A stretch of 64,000 nt of DNA from the NCBI GenBank assembly GCA_002104905.1, contig MCFE01000503.1:1-64000 (forward strand), read 5' to 3'. Shown here one piece after another: positions 12,636 through 25,467 of the stretch. The notes beneath the pieces are model-generated. The model worked only from the letters and a program-made list of their open reading frames with translations. It made no database searches and was not told the DNA's origin. Source of the DNA: Basidiobolus meristosporus CBS 931.73. Lineage: Eukaryota > Fungi > Basidiobolomycota. Within the stretch, counting starts at the first letter, position 1, and every line of letters starts with the position of its first letter. The position numbers were made by a program, and so were the translations under genes.

Positions 12636-13865
12636 TGTTGTGTTGTATTATGATTAGTTTGGGGCTTGTTCTACAATTTAGAGGCTAATCAACAATATAT
12701 AACAACTTCCAGTATGCTAATACTGAGATAGTTTATTGGGAGTTTGATATACTGTTAGAAGATATAACTTTCACTAGTTTCCTCAATCTTAGGCTCAAAA
12801 TATACTGTAGGCAGTGTTTATCACTTCTACAGCAGTGTACTGACATTCTGTTGACTAATGGGCTTATTTACTTTTATAGCAACTTTTCCTTATTTGGAAG
12901 TCACATTCCTTTCTGACAAAATATTTCCTAATATGGAAGTTCTGAACTCCCCGTTAACCTAAAGGGGTGTGTCTTAGAAGTGCCTAAAGGGGTCTTTAGA
13001 CCTAAAGGGGTGTCTAAAGGGGTGTCTTTAGGCTGAAGGGGCTTCTTGTAATGGTCTCTAAAGTGGACTTTGCACTAAAGGGGTGCCTAAAGGAGCTTCT
13101 TCAGAGTAATGGGGTTTCTTAAAGGGGTCTCTGAAGGGCTCTTTAGACTAAAGGGGTGTCTTTAGAGTAAAGGGGTTTCTTAGAGGGGACTTTTCCAACA
13201 GAGAAGTGGTAGTTTCTTGTAGAACTTAGATTGGATTCTTGCAAGCTTTGCAGTCTCTTTACTGATGTAGTACTGATCAAAGTCAGAACACTCAACAGTG
13301 CAAGTGATGCAGGGGAAGTCTTATAACCTATAAGCTTGTAATTGTAGTGCGGAGATTCTGGAAAGAGAGGCTCCCCCTTTATTTTTCAGCTGGGGAAGTC
13401 ATATATATGGAAATTTTGAAGGATCAAAGTTTTTGGGCAATTGCGCAAGCAATACACGCAACACAAAGCTAAAATTTCCCAATGGTGCAGATTGGATATA
13501 GGCGCAGCACTTGTGAGAATTTCACTTGATTTGATTGGCTGGCTCAAAAGTTACACACAATCAAAGTCACCATAGTAATCCTAGCAATAAGGCATAGTAT
13601 ATGTAATAATTGGACTCTTTTGGTCATGACTCCTTAAGTACTGCTTCAAATGAGCTGTAATCTGAATCATGTGTTGGCTACTACATGTTTTGTATGACGT
13701 AATATTCTTGGGTGGATTGCTTGTCAGGGTCTGGAGCATTTGTTCTTCAAAGTTGGAAATTCTTGATCTTTCACTTGTGTGTTACAATAGCAAAAGCAAA
13801 ATAAAGAAATGAGTGCAATATTAGTTTAGAGATATTGTAGTTATGAAATACTTTCCATTACCACA
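12636..13865 (+). repeat. Solo LTR, family C (1,230 bp)
   Basis: TGTTGTG...TACCACA ends. 4-bp TSD GTTC (12632-12635, 13866-13869). TATATATA near 13400 and AATAAA near 13800. Second copy at 15173-16354. Confidence 0.85.
12959..13190 (+). repeat. Degenerate G-run minisatellite (core TAAAGGGG) inside LTR-C
   Basis: About a dozen GGG/GGGG runs, mostly preceded by TAAA or GAA. Mirrored as C-runs at ~15840-16035 in the second copy. Confidence 0.85.
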
Positions 13866-14042
13866 GTTCTAAGCATGATATACATAGTACTGCCAGCCAT
13901 AGATTGATAAGTAAATTCAAGGGTTTCAAATGGCACCAAGCTCTCTTGATTTGGTTGAGTTTTGACCAAGTTAAAGTTTGTCTTTATTGGGGCAGCTGAA
14001 GGTTTACAGTCTCCCATTTGTTACTTTTTTAATATATCTTGA

Positions 14043-14717
14043 AATATTGAGGACAGATGTTCACATGGAGACACTTATGCCTTTGGCATTACAAAGCTAT
14101 GCCTCCCCAATGGGTGGGTAATCAGTTAAGTAATGCAAAGTTGGGTTTGGTGCAACAACCAACTAATTGCTATAGGACAACCACACCAATATATGCAGGG
14201 TTTCTTCTGGTCACAAGCTAATTTCTACACTATCCAATAAGGAATGCACAAAAACAGGATCCAGAGCACACCTATAAGGGGAACAAGTGTTCAGCAGGGA
14301 GATGGAACATGTTGATTAGATACTAAGATGTTCTTTGCAGATTTCAGGCTGTACTTATGGCAAAAGTAGAGACAACCAAGCATATATTAACAAGATGTAT
14401 ATTTTACCAGCAATACAAGGTATATGGCAGCTATCAAAGCATCACACAAAAAAGCTATAAAGTTGAGACTACACAAGTGTGTCAATTGCAGCAGATGTAG
14501 ACATAGGTACAGGTTAGGTAAGCTGGAGGCCATAGTTCTTGTTAATTTGAGCTATATGTGGAATACCCAAGGTAGTAGTGGGTAAGCAATTACAGAGGGG
14601 TGACTCTTCACTGGAATATATGAATGGAACAAGGGGTGCTAAAAACAGAAAGCACCACTTGGAAAATTGGTGTGGGAGCATTATACAGGACTAACTGTAG
14701 GCTACTGTACTACCATA
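14043..14717 (+). mobile_element. CACTA fragment (3' part)
   Basis: Reverse complement of ~7130-7790. Confidence 0.7.
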
Positions 14718-16618
14718 ATAAAACCTCTGGGTCTATACTGCTGGCATCCTTGTCAATATGACATTATGGTAACAGCTCCTGCTTCTCTATCTTCAAAGGT
14801 GCCCCAAGTGTCTCCAAAGATCTCTGCACCACCCTGAAAGCATCTTGATGGCAAGTCTGAGGTATAACTGCAGAAGGTAGGTGCAGTAATCAAACAATAA
14901 CCAATAGAGATGTAGGTAGAAGGTATGATTTCTTGATTAGGGATTGACTTCCCTTAAATATCTTTACTGATTACCAGGTTGTTACTAATTACAAGGTTCC
15001 AGAAGATTTCAGGCATCATTTGAATGTTTGATGACTTCACTACAAGCTAAAAGTATACCAAGAAGGTCCTGGAAGGTTGCAAAATGCACAGCCATTAAAC
15101 CAGTCAGGAAACAGTAGTCTGAAACCTATGTAACTGAGAGAAGCTATGTATGGCATTGAAATTGTAGGGATGCATGGTAGTGGAAAGTAATCCCTTACTA
15201 CATATCTCAAAACCAATAATGCACTCATTTCTTTATTTTGCTTTTGTAGCATATAAGTGAAAGATCAAGAATATCCAACTTTGAAGGACAAATGCTCCAG
15301 ACCCTGACAAGCAATCCACCAAAGAATATATATCATGCAGAGAGCTCAGTAGCCAAATCATTTTTCAGATTACACCTCATTTTAAGCAGTACTTAAGGAG
15401 TTATGATCAAAAGAGTCTAATTATCATATACACTAGGGCTCTACTGCTAGGATTACTATGGTGACTTCAATTGCATGTAACTTTTGAACCAACCAGTCAA
15501 ATCATGTGACATTCTCACAGATGCTGCTCCTATGTCTGCTTTGTGCCACTACAAGATTTAAGTTTTGTGTCACATGTATTGCATGCCCAATTGCCCAAAA
15601 ACTTTGATCATTCAGAAGTTTCATATAAATGACTTCCCCAGCCAAAAAATAAAGAGAGCCTCTCTTTCCAGAATCTTCACACTACAATTACAAGCTTAAA
15701 GGTTATAAGACTTCCCCTGCATCACTTGCACTGATGAGTATTCTGACTTTGATCAGTACTACATCAGTAAAGAGACTGCAAAGCTCACACAAATCCAATC
15801 TAAGTTCTACAAGAAAACTCCCACTTTTGTGTTGGAAGATTCCCCTCTAAGAGGCCCCTTTAGAGACCACTTTAAAAGACCCCTTTACTCTAAAGAAGCC
15901 CCTTTTGCACCCCATTAGTGTAAAGCCCTCTTTAGAGACCACTACAAGAAGCCCCTTCACTCTGAAGAAAGTCCTTTAGACACCCCTTTAGGTCTAAAGA
16001 CCCCTTTGATGACTTCTACACCTCACCCCTTTAGTTTAGAGGGGAGTGCAGAGCTTCCATATTGGGAAATATTCTCTCAGAAAGGAAAGTGACTTCAAAA
16101 TAAGAAAATTTACTATGAAGTAAATAAGCCCAATATTCAACAGAGGGTCAGAACACTGCTGTAGAAGTGAGGAACACTGCCTATAGTATGTTTTTAGCCT
16201 AAGGCTGAGGCTATTAGTGAAAATTATATCTTCTATTGGTATATCAAACTCCCTATATCTATTTCATTATTAGCATACTGGAAGTTGTTTTATATTGTTG
16301 ATTAGCCTCTACATTGTAGAACAAGCCCCAAACTAATCATAATACAACAATACAGATGGTAACTCATACCCAGGTCATGTGTCAAGGGTACTGATGTGGG
16401 CACTTGCCTAATGTAGATACTTCTGGTGATCACAAAGCCGTATAACATTTGGGATAAACAATGTTGATAACTAATCATGGTAAACATGATATGGAGATTC
16501 TACATACAATTGCGGCAAAGAATAATGGGATCATACCAACAAGATAAAATATTAATATGTGCCTCATTATAGCTATATTGATAAACTTTTCTGTGAGAGG
16601 TATGAATACCCTGGCACA
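14718..16618 (-). repeat. Truncated LTR-B2, split by LTR-C copy 2
   Basis: ~14718-15172 and 16355-16618 align collinearly with 18490-19231. Ends ...ACCCTGGCACA versus ...ACCCTACCACA. Confidence 0.8.
15173..16354 (-). repeat. Solo LTR, family C, copy 2 (inverted relative to copy 1)
   Basis: Reverse complement of 12636-13865. 4-bp TSD GATG (15169-15172, 16355-16358). Confidence 0.85.
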
Positions 16619-18172
16619 AGAGATACTCTGTAATATCTTGCAAACTCTCTGAAGTTTCTCTGGTATCTTGAAGGGCTTGATTAGCTTGAAATGCTTCATG
16701 TACAGCTTAGTCATTAGTATAGGGATATTGTTGACATGCCAATGCATTGCTCCCACCAGAAAGCTCTTGCTCCAACAGATACCCTCCATTGTAAACATCT
16801 CTGGTCTTGAATTGATTCAAAATTCCAGCTAATGGCTTGAGCTAGCCAATAGTCATTAGTATAGGGATATTGTTGAAAAGCAAATGAATTGCTCCCAGTG
16901 TAAAGCTTTTGCTCCAACAGATACCCTTTATCTTAAGTATCTGTGGTTTACAATTAATTCCATATTCTAGCCAATGATTTATAGCTTGCTAGCTTTACCG
17001 CAATTGCATGTTAACTTTTCTATGTTCTCTCAGTGGGAATATGAAGTGTATAGTGAGGTGTTTGGAAAATAAGCATATGATTGAGATATTAACACTACAT
17101 CTTTCACCAGTGAATGGATTACTGAGCTCACTTAGCTTCATAAGGTAACCTTGACATTTTTTTCCTTGGGTGTGGTCTAACTGCATATTGAGATTTTGGC
17201 AGGCTTATGCAGCATACTGCTCTTAGGAGAGATAAGCTTACAATCCATTGGTGAGCCTTCTTCTTCAGAGCTATCACTCTGTGTGCCATGCACAAAAGGC
17301 TGAGGAGTGCCTAAAGGCCTCACAAACTCACCTGACTCAGTTTGTTCAAGTTGACAGGTATTTCTTTATGCTGTTAAAGATATACAAATTGGCCAACAAT
17401 ATCCCTATGAAACATGATTTGGTCCCACAGGCGGATCCAAATCAGATCAGCTGTCAGGATCCTATTTAGAGACCATCATAATACCAGCAGCTTGGAGTTA
17501 GTGGCACTGATAACAATCTTATGACAGATTCACAACAGTGTTTTGCTAATTTTACAACCAAATAAAGAGATAAAACTTGGCAAGATTAAATTGGTGCTGT
17601 GACAATATTTGTAAGGTATATTTGTAGTCTTTTGGCACTCTATAACTATTTTAAGTGGATCCGGTTGGCCAGAACATCCAATTGCCTTATATTACAAGAA
17701 ACTGGACAGTATTTAAAGGCCTGACAGCAAGACCCACATGGCATTATACCAGCAGAATGACAGCCTACAGCTGGCTCCATATAATGCTATTGTACCATCT
17801 TACCAAGTGATATTTCCTATTTCTACCTCCTCTTGCGCAATTCATATATTCCACTGTAGAATCACCCCTCTTTATTTGCTTACCCACTACTACCTTGGGT
17901 ATTCCACATATACTTTGAATAAAAAAAAACTATGGCCTCCTGCCTACCAACCCCTACAAACGCACACACCTGCCTCAATTGACATACTTCTGTTGCCTAA
18001 ACTTTACAGCTTTTTAGTGTGATACTTGCAAAGTTGCCATATACTGTGTACTGCTGGTAACATATACATCATGCAAACATATGCTTGGCTGTTGCCACTT
18101 CTGACATGAACACTTCCTGAATATCCACAAAGAACTTCTTGGTATTTAGCCAGTATAATGCCTTCTCCCTGC
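16619..18172 (-). mobile_element. Two joined CACTA fragments
   Basis: 16619-17400 matches parts of ~8300-9720; ~17410-18172 matches ~6790-7530. Confidence 0.7.
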
Positions 18173-21100
18173 TCTCTTGATTTGGTTGAGTTTTGACTAA
18201 GTTAAGGTTTGTCTCCATTGGGGTAGCTGCTGGTTTAGAGTCTTCCATTTGGTACTTCTTTAGTATATCTTGAATATACTTGGATTGGCTTAGTGTAATA
18301 GTCTGGGTACTTCTGTTTATGGACAACTTAATCCCTAAGTAGTAACTAAGTTCTCCTAGACCAGACAGCCTGAACTCCTTAGATAGGCTGGATCTAGTCT
18401 CTTCCAATGTTTCTAGGTTATTGGTGGTGTGGTGGTGTAGAGGTACTCCTGGGAGAAGCTACACTACTCAAGGTGTGTGAGGTGTTTGATGGGTGCAATA
18501 ACATCTGGGTCTAAACTGCTGGTGTCTTTGTCAATATGTCTCTATGGTAAAAGCTCCTGCTTCTCTAGCTTCCTAGATGCTCCAAGTGTCTCCAAAGGCC
18601 TCTGTGTGTCTTGTGCACTACCCTGAAAAGCTCCTTGATGGCAGGTCTGAGATTTACTGTTGAAGGCAGGTGCAGTGATCAACTGCTAATCAATAAGGGA
18701 GAAGTGATACTGATAAAAGGGATGATTTATTGAAGAGGGATTGCATTCCCTTAAATACTTTTCCTGATTGCCCAGTGATTACTAATGACAAGGTTCTAGA
18801 AGATTCCAGGTATCAGTGGAATTCTGATGACATCACTGTGAGCTAAAAATATGCCAGGAATGTCCTGGAAGGTTCTAAAAGGCACAGCACATCCAACCAA
18901 TCAGGGATCAGTAGTCTGAAACCTGTGCAACATAGAGATACCATATATGGTATTTAAAAGGTAGGGATGGTTACACAGACCTAGGTCATGTGTAACAGGT
19001 ACTGACATGGGTACTTGCCTAATGTAGATACATATATGGATCACAAAGCTGAAAAACATCTGGGATAACTAATGCTAATAACTAATCAGGGCAAACATCA
19101 TATGGGGATAATACTAATAATATGGGCAAAAAGAAAAATGGGATAATACTGATAAGATAAAATATGGATAAGTACATCATAAAAGCTAGATAAATAAACT
19201 TGTCTGCAGGAGGTATGTTTACCCTACCACAGCGGCTATAATAAGATCATCCACATATAGAGCTAGTAGTACTGAACTTGTACTATCTGGCTTGTAGTAT
19301 ATACTATAGTCAGCATTACTCCTTTTGAAACTCAAAGATTCCAAATCAGAATCTAACTTGCAATTCCAGGCTCTCAGTGATTGTTTGAAACCATATAGTG
19401 ACTTTTTAAGCTTGCAGACCAAATTGGGGTTATCTTGGTCAACAAACCCATCAGGCTGCTCCATATACACGGCCTCATCAAGTTCTCCATTTAAAAATGC
19501 AGTTTTTACATCCATTTGATGAATAAAAAACTTATATTTGGCTGTAATAGCCAATATTAATCTGATGGAATTAAACTTGGCTACCGGTGCAAAGGTCTCA
19601 GTATAGTCAAGTCCTTTTGTTTGAGAGTATCCTTTGGCTACAAGTCTTGCTTTGTATCTTACAATTGTACCATCAGCCTTGTATTTTGTCTTGAAGACCC
19701 ATCTGCATCCAGTTGATTTTTGGTTGATTGGTAATTTGACTAGGTCCTAAGTTTGATTTTCCAACAGTGCCTGGTATTCCTCATTCATTGCAGATCTCCA
19801 AAGCTTTGTCTTAGGGCTATTTAGGGCCTCTGTTACAGTCTGGGGCTCATCAATATGGACTGAATAGGCATAGGCCAAATTTGTACCTTCATTGATATAG
19901 TATTTTGGGCTATTTTTTGTCCAATTGGATCTCCAGGCATTTGATACTGGAATGATTAATTCTGGGATATTCCTGGGCACTGATTCTGGCTAAACCACAG
20001 TTGCAGAGCTGTCTGGAATGAAAAAATTTTCATTGTTTTGCTTTGATTCAATCCTGATGATTGGTGGATTTGGGATCAGATTTTTGTCATCATCTGATGT
20101 CATTTTCTGTGAAAATTTTGAATTTTCTTCAATCAACACATCCCTTGACTTGATTAGCTTCTTTACTTTGGTATTGTAAAGTCTGTATGCTTTACTCTCA
20201 TTGCAGTAGCCCATATATATGCATTTTACACTTTTTGGCTCAAATTTTGACTGATTTCCGGGCAGTTTCTTGGCATATGCTGTACACCCATATATTCTTA
20301 GATGCTCTGCACTTGGTCTGTATCCATACCATGCCTCAAATGGAGTAGAATCACAAAGTACTCTGTTATAACTCCAATTTTTAAGATATACAACAGTGGC
20401 AACGGATTCCGCCCAAAAATCATAGCATAATTTTTGATCATGGATCATAGATCTTGCCATATCAATTATTGATCTGTTAGCATGTTATGCTACTCCATTT
20501 TGCTGTGGGGAGTATGGTACAGTAGTCCTTTGCTTTATCCTATGAATTTTGCAGAAGCGGATGAAGAATTATGAGGTATATTATCCACCATTGTCAGAGC
20601 ATATTTTCTTGATTTTTTTGCCAGCTTTTGTCTACACCTTGGCTTTAAACTCCCTCAACTTGGACAGAACTTCTTCTTTTCTCTCTATGAAGTAGACCCA
20701 TGTGTATCTTGTACAATCATCAGTAAAAGTGATTTCATACTTCATCCAACCTAAGGATAAATTTTGCATAGGTCCATACAGATCTGAGTTAATTAGATCC
20801 AATTTTTTCTTAGTTTTGATTAACCCAGAGCTCTTGAGCAGTTGTCTGGCTTGTTTCCCATATATGCAGACTTCACAGAGCTCCAAATTAGCTGGGGGAT
20901 CAATTTTTACTCCAGAAATTAGCTGAACTTTGATCATTTTGTGCAAATAATCACAACTAATGTGCCCAAATTTCCTGTGCCAAAGCATTGGGGTTTCTTC
21001 AATTAAGTTACTTATATTTGCTTCCAAATATGATGGAATATAAGTCAACTTATATAGGTTCTGATCTCTGATGCCCAAAGCAATATGGGCACCATTTTGA

Positions 21101-22597
21101 TCATTGATCTTGCATCCAGAATTGTCCAAGCTGAGACTGAGTCCTTTTGCAGTGGCCTTACATACAGATAGTAGGTTCTTGGCTATTTCTGGTACATGGG
21201 GTACTTCTTTAAAGGTCAGTGTATGGCTTCCTTTACTGCCTCTTAGATTTACTTGGATAGTTCCTTCTCCCACTGCATCAAGTGTTCTATTTTCACACAT
21301 GAAAACCTTCTTAATTGGAATTTCTTGATATTGGGTAAAAAGTACTTTTTGGTGTGTAAAGTGTTGAGATGCTCCAGAGTCAATATGCCACATCTGAGAA
21401 TCCTTGTTTGCGGTCCTATATAGTGCAGATATGAATAGTCTATCTTCAGTTGTTGCAGTATTTCCATTTTCAGGCTTTTTCTGCTGACTATCTTTCTTTT
21501 TGAAGCACTGGTCTGATGTGAGTCCTTTCCTTTTGGAGTAGTTGCAAAATAGGTTACTGTTGCCTTTGTAGGGTCTTGGGTACCTCCTTTGTTGGTTATC
21601 ATTGCTTATTAAAGCATCTTCTTCTTCCTTCTTATTTGCACTTGATTTTCTTAATTCTTCATCCAGGAGCCATCCATATAGGTAGTTTAGGGTCAAATCT
21701 TTAGTTCTGGACTCTATGGCTGATCCAAGACCCTGAAACCTGTCTGTCAGGCTATTCAGGATGGTAACTATCACATCTCCATTAATAGTTGGTACTCCCA
21801 CAGATTCCATCTCATCTACCAACAGGTTCTGTTGATTAGATTTTTCATTTCTTCTCCTGGCAGCATCTTTGTAGTAAAGAATTTTTGTCTCAAGTACATT
21901 TTCTTAGCAGCTGAACACTACTAGTAGGTGTCTTCTAATGCCTTCCAGGCATTCTTTGATGTCTTTGCTCTTGAGCATCAAATTAGCAATTTGTCCTTAA
22001 CATTAAGGCAAATGCAGTTAAAGGCACCTTGTTCTTTCTTCTGGTTTCTTAAGGCTTCCTCTCCCACATTTTTAGGAGAGCATTCTTCTCCCATGACAAT
22101 ATCCCAGAGACCTCTTTCTTGCAGCAGCATCTTCATCTTCACCTTCCACACTTGGTAGTTAGATCCATCCAACTTTTCAGCAGAGGGAAAAATTCCAGTA
22201 ATAGCAGTAGTAGACATTGCAAAGAGTGACAGCTTGGGGCTCATCACTTGTTGTAAGAGTCTTGGAGATATTGGAAGTGATTGGGAGAAGAAGTATATTA
22301 TGTGGTTTTCACTTAATTATTTATTGAATGTAAAAGTAGTATTTATACTTTTACCTGGTCTTGGCATTACAAACACATAGAACAGGCTAAGGAAAGGCCC
22401 AAGAACATGTGTGCAAAGTTTGGGGCTGTTTGGACAACTTTGAGAATTTTGATGTTCTGGGTACCTGGTATTTTGGTGAAAATATTCCAAGTAAATCCTG
22501 ACAAGGAATTTGGTCAGTATTCTCTAGGATTTGAAGGTAATGATCTAAGTGAATAAGTCAGGTGAATATTTAGGTGAAATTACAAATTTTTAGATCA
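18173..22597 (-). mobile_element. Copia-A copy A2, 3'-truncated, interrupted by LTR-B2
   Basis: 5' LTR 22249-22597, degenerate PBS, gag-PR-IN ORF 20632-21822, IN and RT remnants. RT is lost below ~18173 and there is no 3' LTR. Confidence 0.9.
18428..19231 (-). repeat. Solo LTR, family B2 (804 bp), inserted in the A2 RT
   Basis: TGTGGTGG...CTACCACA ends. 4-bp TSD GTGG/GCGG (one mismatch). The copia RT sequence rejoins across it. Strand is inferred from the TATA-like/AATAAA motif orientation. Confidence 0.8.
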
Positions 22598-23509
22598 TGA
22601 ATATCTTAGGACACTTGCCGGAGTATTCTCTAAGAACCAAGTAATTGGCCATATACCTGGAGTATATCACCAAATCTACCTAGCCAACAAATACCACATT
22701 AAGTAAAAAGCCTATAGGAACTCAAAAATTGACACGGATTATATCATAGAGACAATTGAAACTTTATTCAAGGATGACATCATTACAGAAAGCCATTCTT
22801 CATGGGCCTCCACTGTAGTGAAAGTCCCAAAGAAAGACGGAAAGCAATGTTTTTGCATTGACTGCCAAAAATTAAACTCTGTCCCCCAGAAGGATATGTA
22901 TCCATTGCCACTAATAGACAACCTCTTGGACAGACTAATTGGAGCTAAATATTTTAGCTCTCTTGACTTAATCTTCAGGTATTGGCAAGTAGATGTAGAT
23001 GCAGATGATTGACCCAAAACTGCTTTTATAACATCTTTGGATTATGTAAATGGAACCAACTACACTTTGGCTTGTGCAATGCTCCAGCTACATTCCAAAG
23101 TATGACTGACAAGGTGCTAGGAAATCTACAATGGGAATATGCTCTCATGTATCTGGACAATATCACTATATTCCCTCAATGTATAAGAACATAAACACAA
23201 CATGGAATGTATCCTGATAGTTCTCCTTCAGAACCAGCTCAAACTACATCCCAAGAAGTGCCATTTCCTGTATGCAAAATCGTTGTTCCTGGGCCACAAG
23301 ATCTTGGCAGATGGGAAATATTCATCTACCTCACTCCTAAAAGCCATTCCAGATACACCCACACCAAAGAATATCAGTACAGTGTTGGGATTCCTAGGAG
23401 CACCCAGTACAAATTGATGCAAAAAGGCCAGTGTTTTATGTGGTTGGATTCTCAAAAGGGAGTGTTCAATCTGCTGAAACATTTGCTGATGTCACTACCA
23501 GTGTTATGT

Positions 23510-24581
23510 TGTGGTGGCGTATAGGTCCAAGAGAGAGATACATCCAACACTTTTCAAGTGTTTTTGTGTATAGGGTGTTCACTGGGTGCAATAACCTCTG
23601 GCAAAAGCTTGCTAGGAATACTTAGGTTCTGTCTCTAATCTAGTGTGATGGGGAATAAAGCCACAAGCTTGTCAAGCAAAAACTATTGAGCTACAATCCC
23701 CAACTTAGTTGGTGTCTTAACAAAAGTATGTGCTGGGTTCAGCATCCTTTGAGATGACAATGTACTAAAGCTTCCAAAGTCAAAATAACTCTAAACTCCA
23801 CCAGCAGGGACTTGATAAGAATGGAGCCGTGGTCAATAGTTGCAAAGACAGAAAAGTATCTTTGCCTGTACAACAACAAACTTGGGAAAGAATCAAATAT
23901 AATAAAAGATACCTACTCTGAGTATTCCTCACAAGTAGTGCCTCCAAGGTCAGTTGGCTATCAGCATGGTATCCTGGGAGTTTCATGTGGTCTGGGGTTG
24001 GAAGTTCTGGTAGCAGCAGGTAGCAGTGATCACACTAATCAACAAGTTGGTATATTGATAAAAGGGATGATGATTTATTGTTGAAGAATAGCCTCCCTGA
24101 TATACTTTTCTCACTGGCTAAGTGATTACTAATCATGGTGTTCCAGAAGGTTCTGGATATCAATAGAAATCTTAATGATATCAGAACAGCCTAAGAATGT
24201 TCTACATAGGTGCAGGAAGGTTTTAAGAGGCACAGCACATCCAACCAATCAGGAACCAGTACCCTGAAACCTGTGTAACCTAGGGATACCATATATGGTA
24301 TGAAAATGGTAAGGATGATGACATGGGTTGATCATATGTCATGGGTACTGACACAGGTACTTGGCTAATATAGAAGTACTTTCTGCTAGTAATCTTACAT
24401 AAAGTGAGGGATAACCTACGCAATAAGGTAAGCAGGTGTGATAGTTAAACAGCTTATGGGATAGTACTTATCAGGTAAGACAAATAGGATGAAACTAAAA
24501 TATGTGTAGTAGAGAAATAAGGAAGTAGAAAATATGGGAATGAGCACATCTGTCAGTGGGTGTCACTATCACCTCACTACA
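23510..24581 (-). repeat. Solo LTR, family B (1,072 bp)
   Basis: TGTGGTG...CACTACA ends. TSD ATGT (23506-23509, 24582-24585). Splits G1 at the RT/RNase H junction. Strand is inferred from the motif orientation. Confidence 0.9.
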
Positions 24582-25467
24582 ATGTTTTCCCAATTGGGAT
24601 GCAAGATTTTTTATTAACTGTGATGGAAGTCTCACTAGTATAGGTACTGTACTGGGATAACACCATCAACCCAGCAAATTCCACCCAATTGGTACGTGAG
24701 CTGTTTGCTAAACAAGCACAAGCATCACTACCCTGTTACCAAGATATAATCTCTGGCTATTGTTTACTCAATTAAACAATTCCATACATACATACATAGT
24801 CACCAATTCACAATTGTAATGGACCACAACACATTGGTCTGGTTGATGAAAACTAAAGACTTTACCAGTTGACTAGCACATTGGGCCCTCCAACTACAAG
24901 AATACAACTTCAAAATAATTCATTGCGCTGGCAAGAAACACCAGAATGCAGACTACATCAATTGCTATCCTGATTGCCAAGTATGTGTCAGCAATGACTA
25001 CAAGTATGTAGTTTGCTATAAAAGAAGAGGGAGGTGCCCCAAACATGTTGTTACAAACAAGCAGAAGAGAGACTTTCAAAGGAAATGGTGTCAGTACAAA
25101 GTACAAGAAAACCAATTATGGTTCCTCCAAGGACAGTTCAGAGTCAAGGTACCCCTGATAACTGCCTGCAAAGAAATCATTCAAGAAAGACATATGTCAT
25201 TAGGGCATGCTAACCCCCTAACAACATATAAGATGGTAAGAAAGATATTTTGCTGGAAAAAAATGATGACCTATGTGACAAATATGTTGCAAAGATGCTC
25301 CACCTACAAAAGATTTAACTGAAGTCAGAAGATAGGGACAGCAGCACTAATACCGGTTGACCTACCCTTCCACCAGGTAGGAATTGACTTTGCTGCCCCT
25401 TTATGAAAACAAAGAAAGGAGAACAATACATCATATTTGCTACCAATTATTTTTCAAAGTGAGTAGA

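Larger units (their letters stand above)
12360..14042 (-). mobile_element. Copia-A RT/RNase H fragment, interrupted by LTR-C
   Basis: 12360-12635 and 13866-14042 match A1 ~2410-2850 and rejoin across the GTTC duplication. Confidence 0.85.

Noticed and set aside
12959-13190. TAAAGGGG array as a telomeric or CRISPR-like repeat
   Set aside because: Units are irregular, lie inside a TSD-flanked LTR and recur in its second copy. There are no fixed repeat-spacer periods, and the DNA is eukaryotic.
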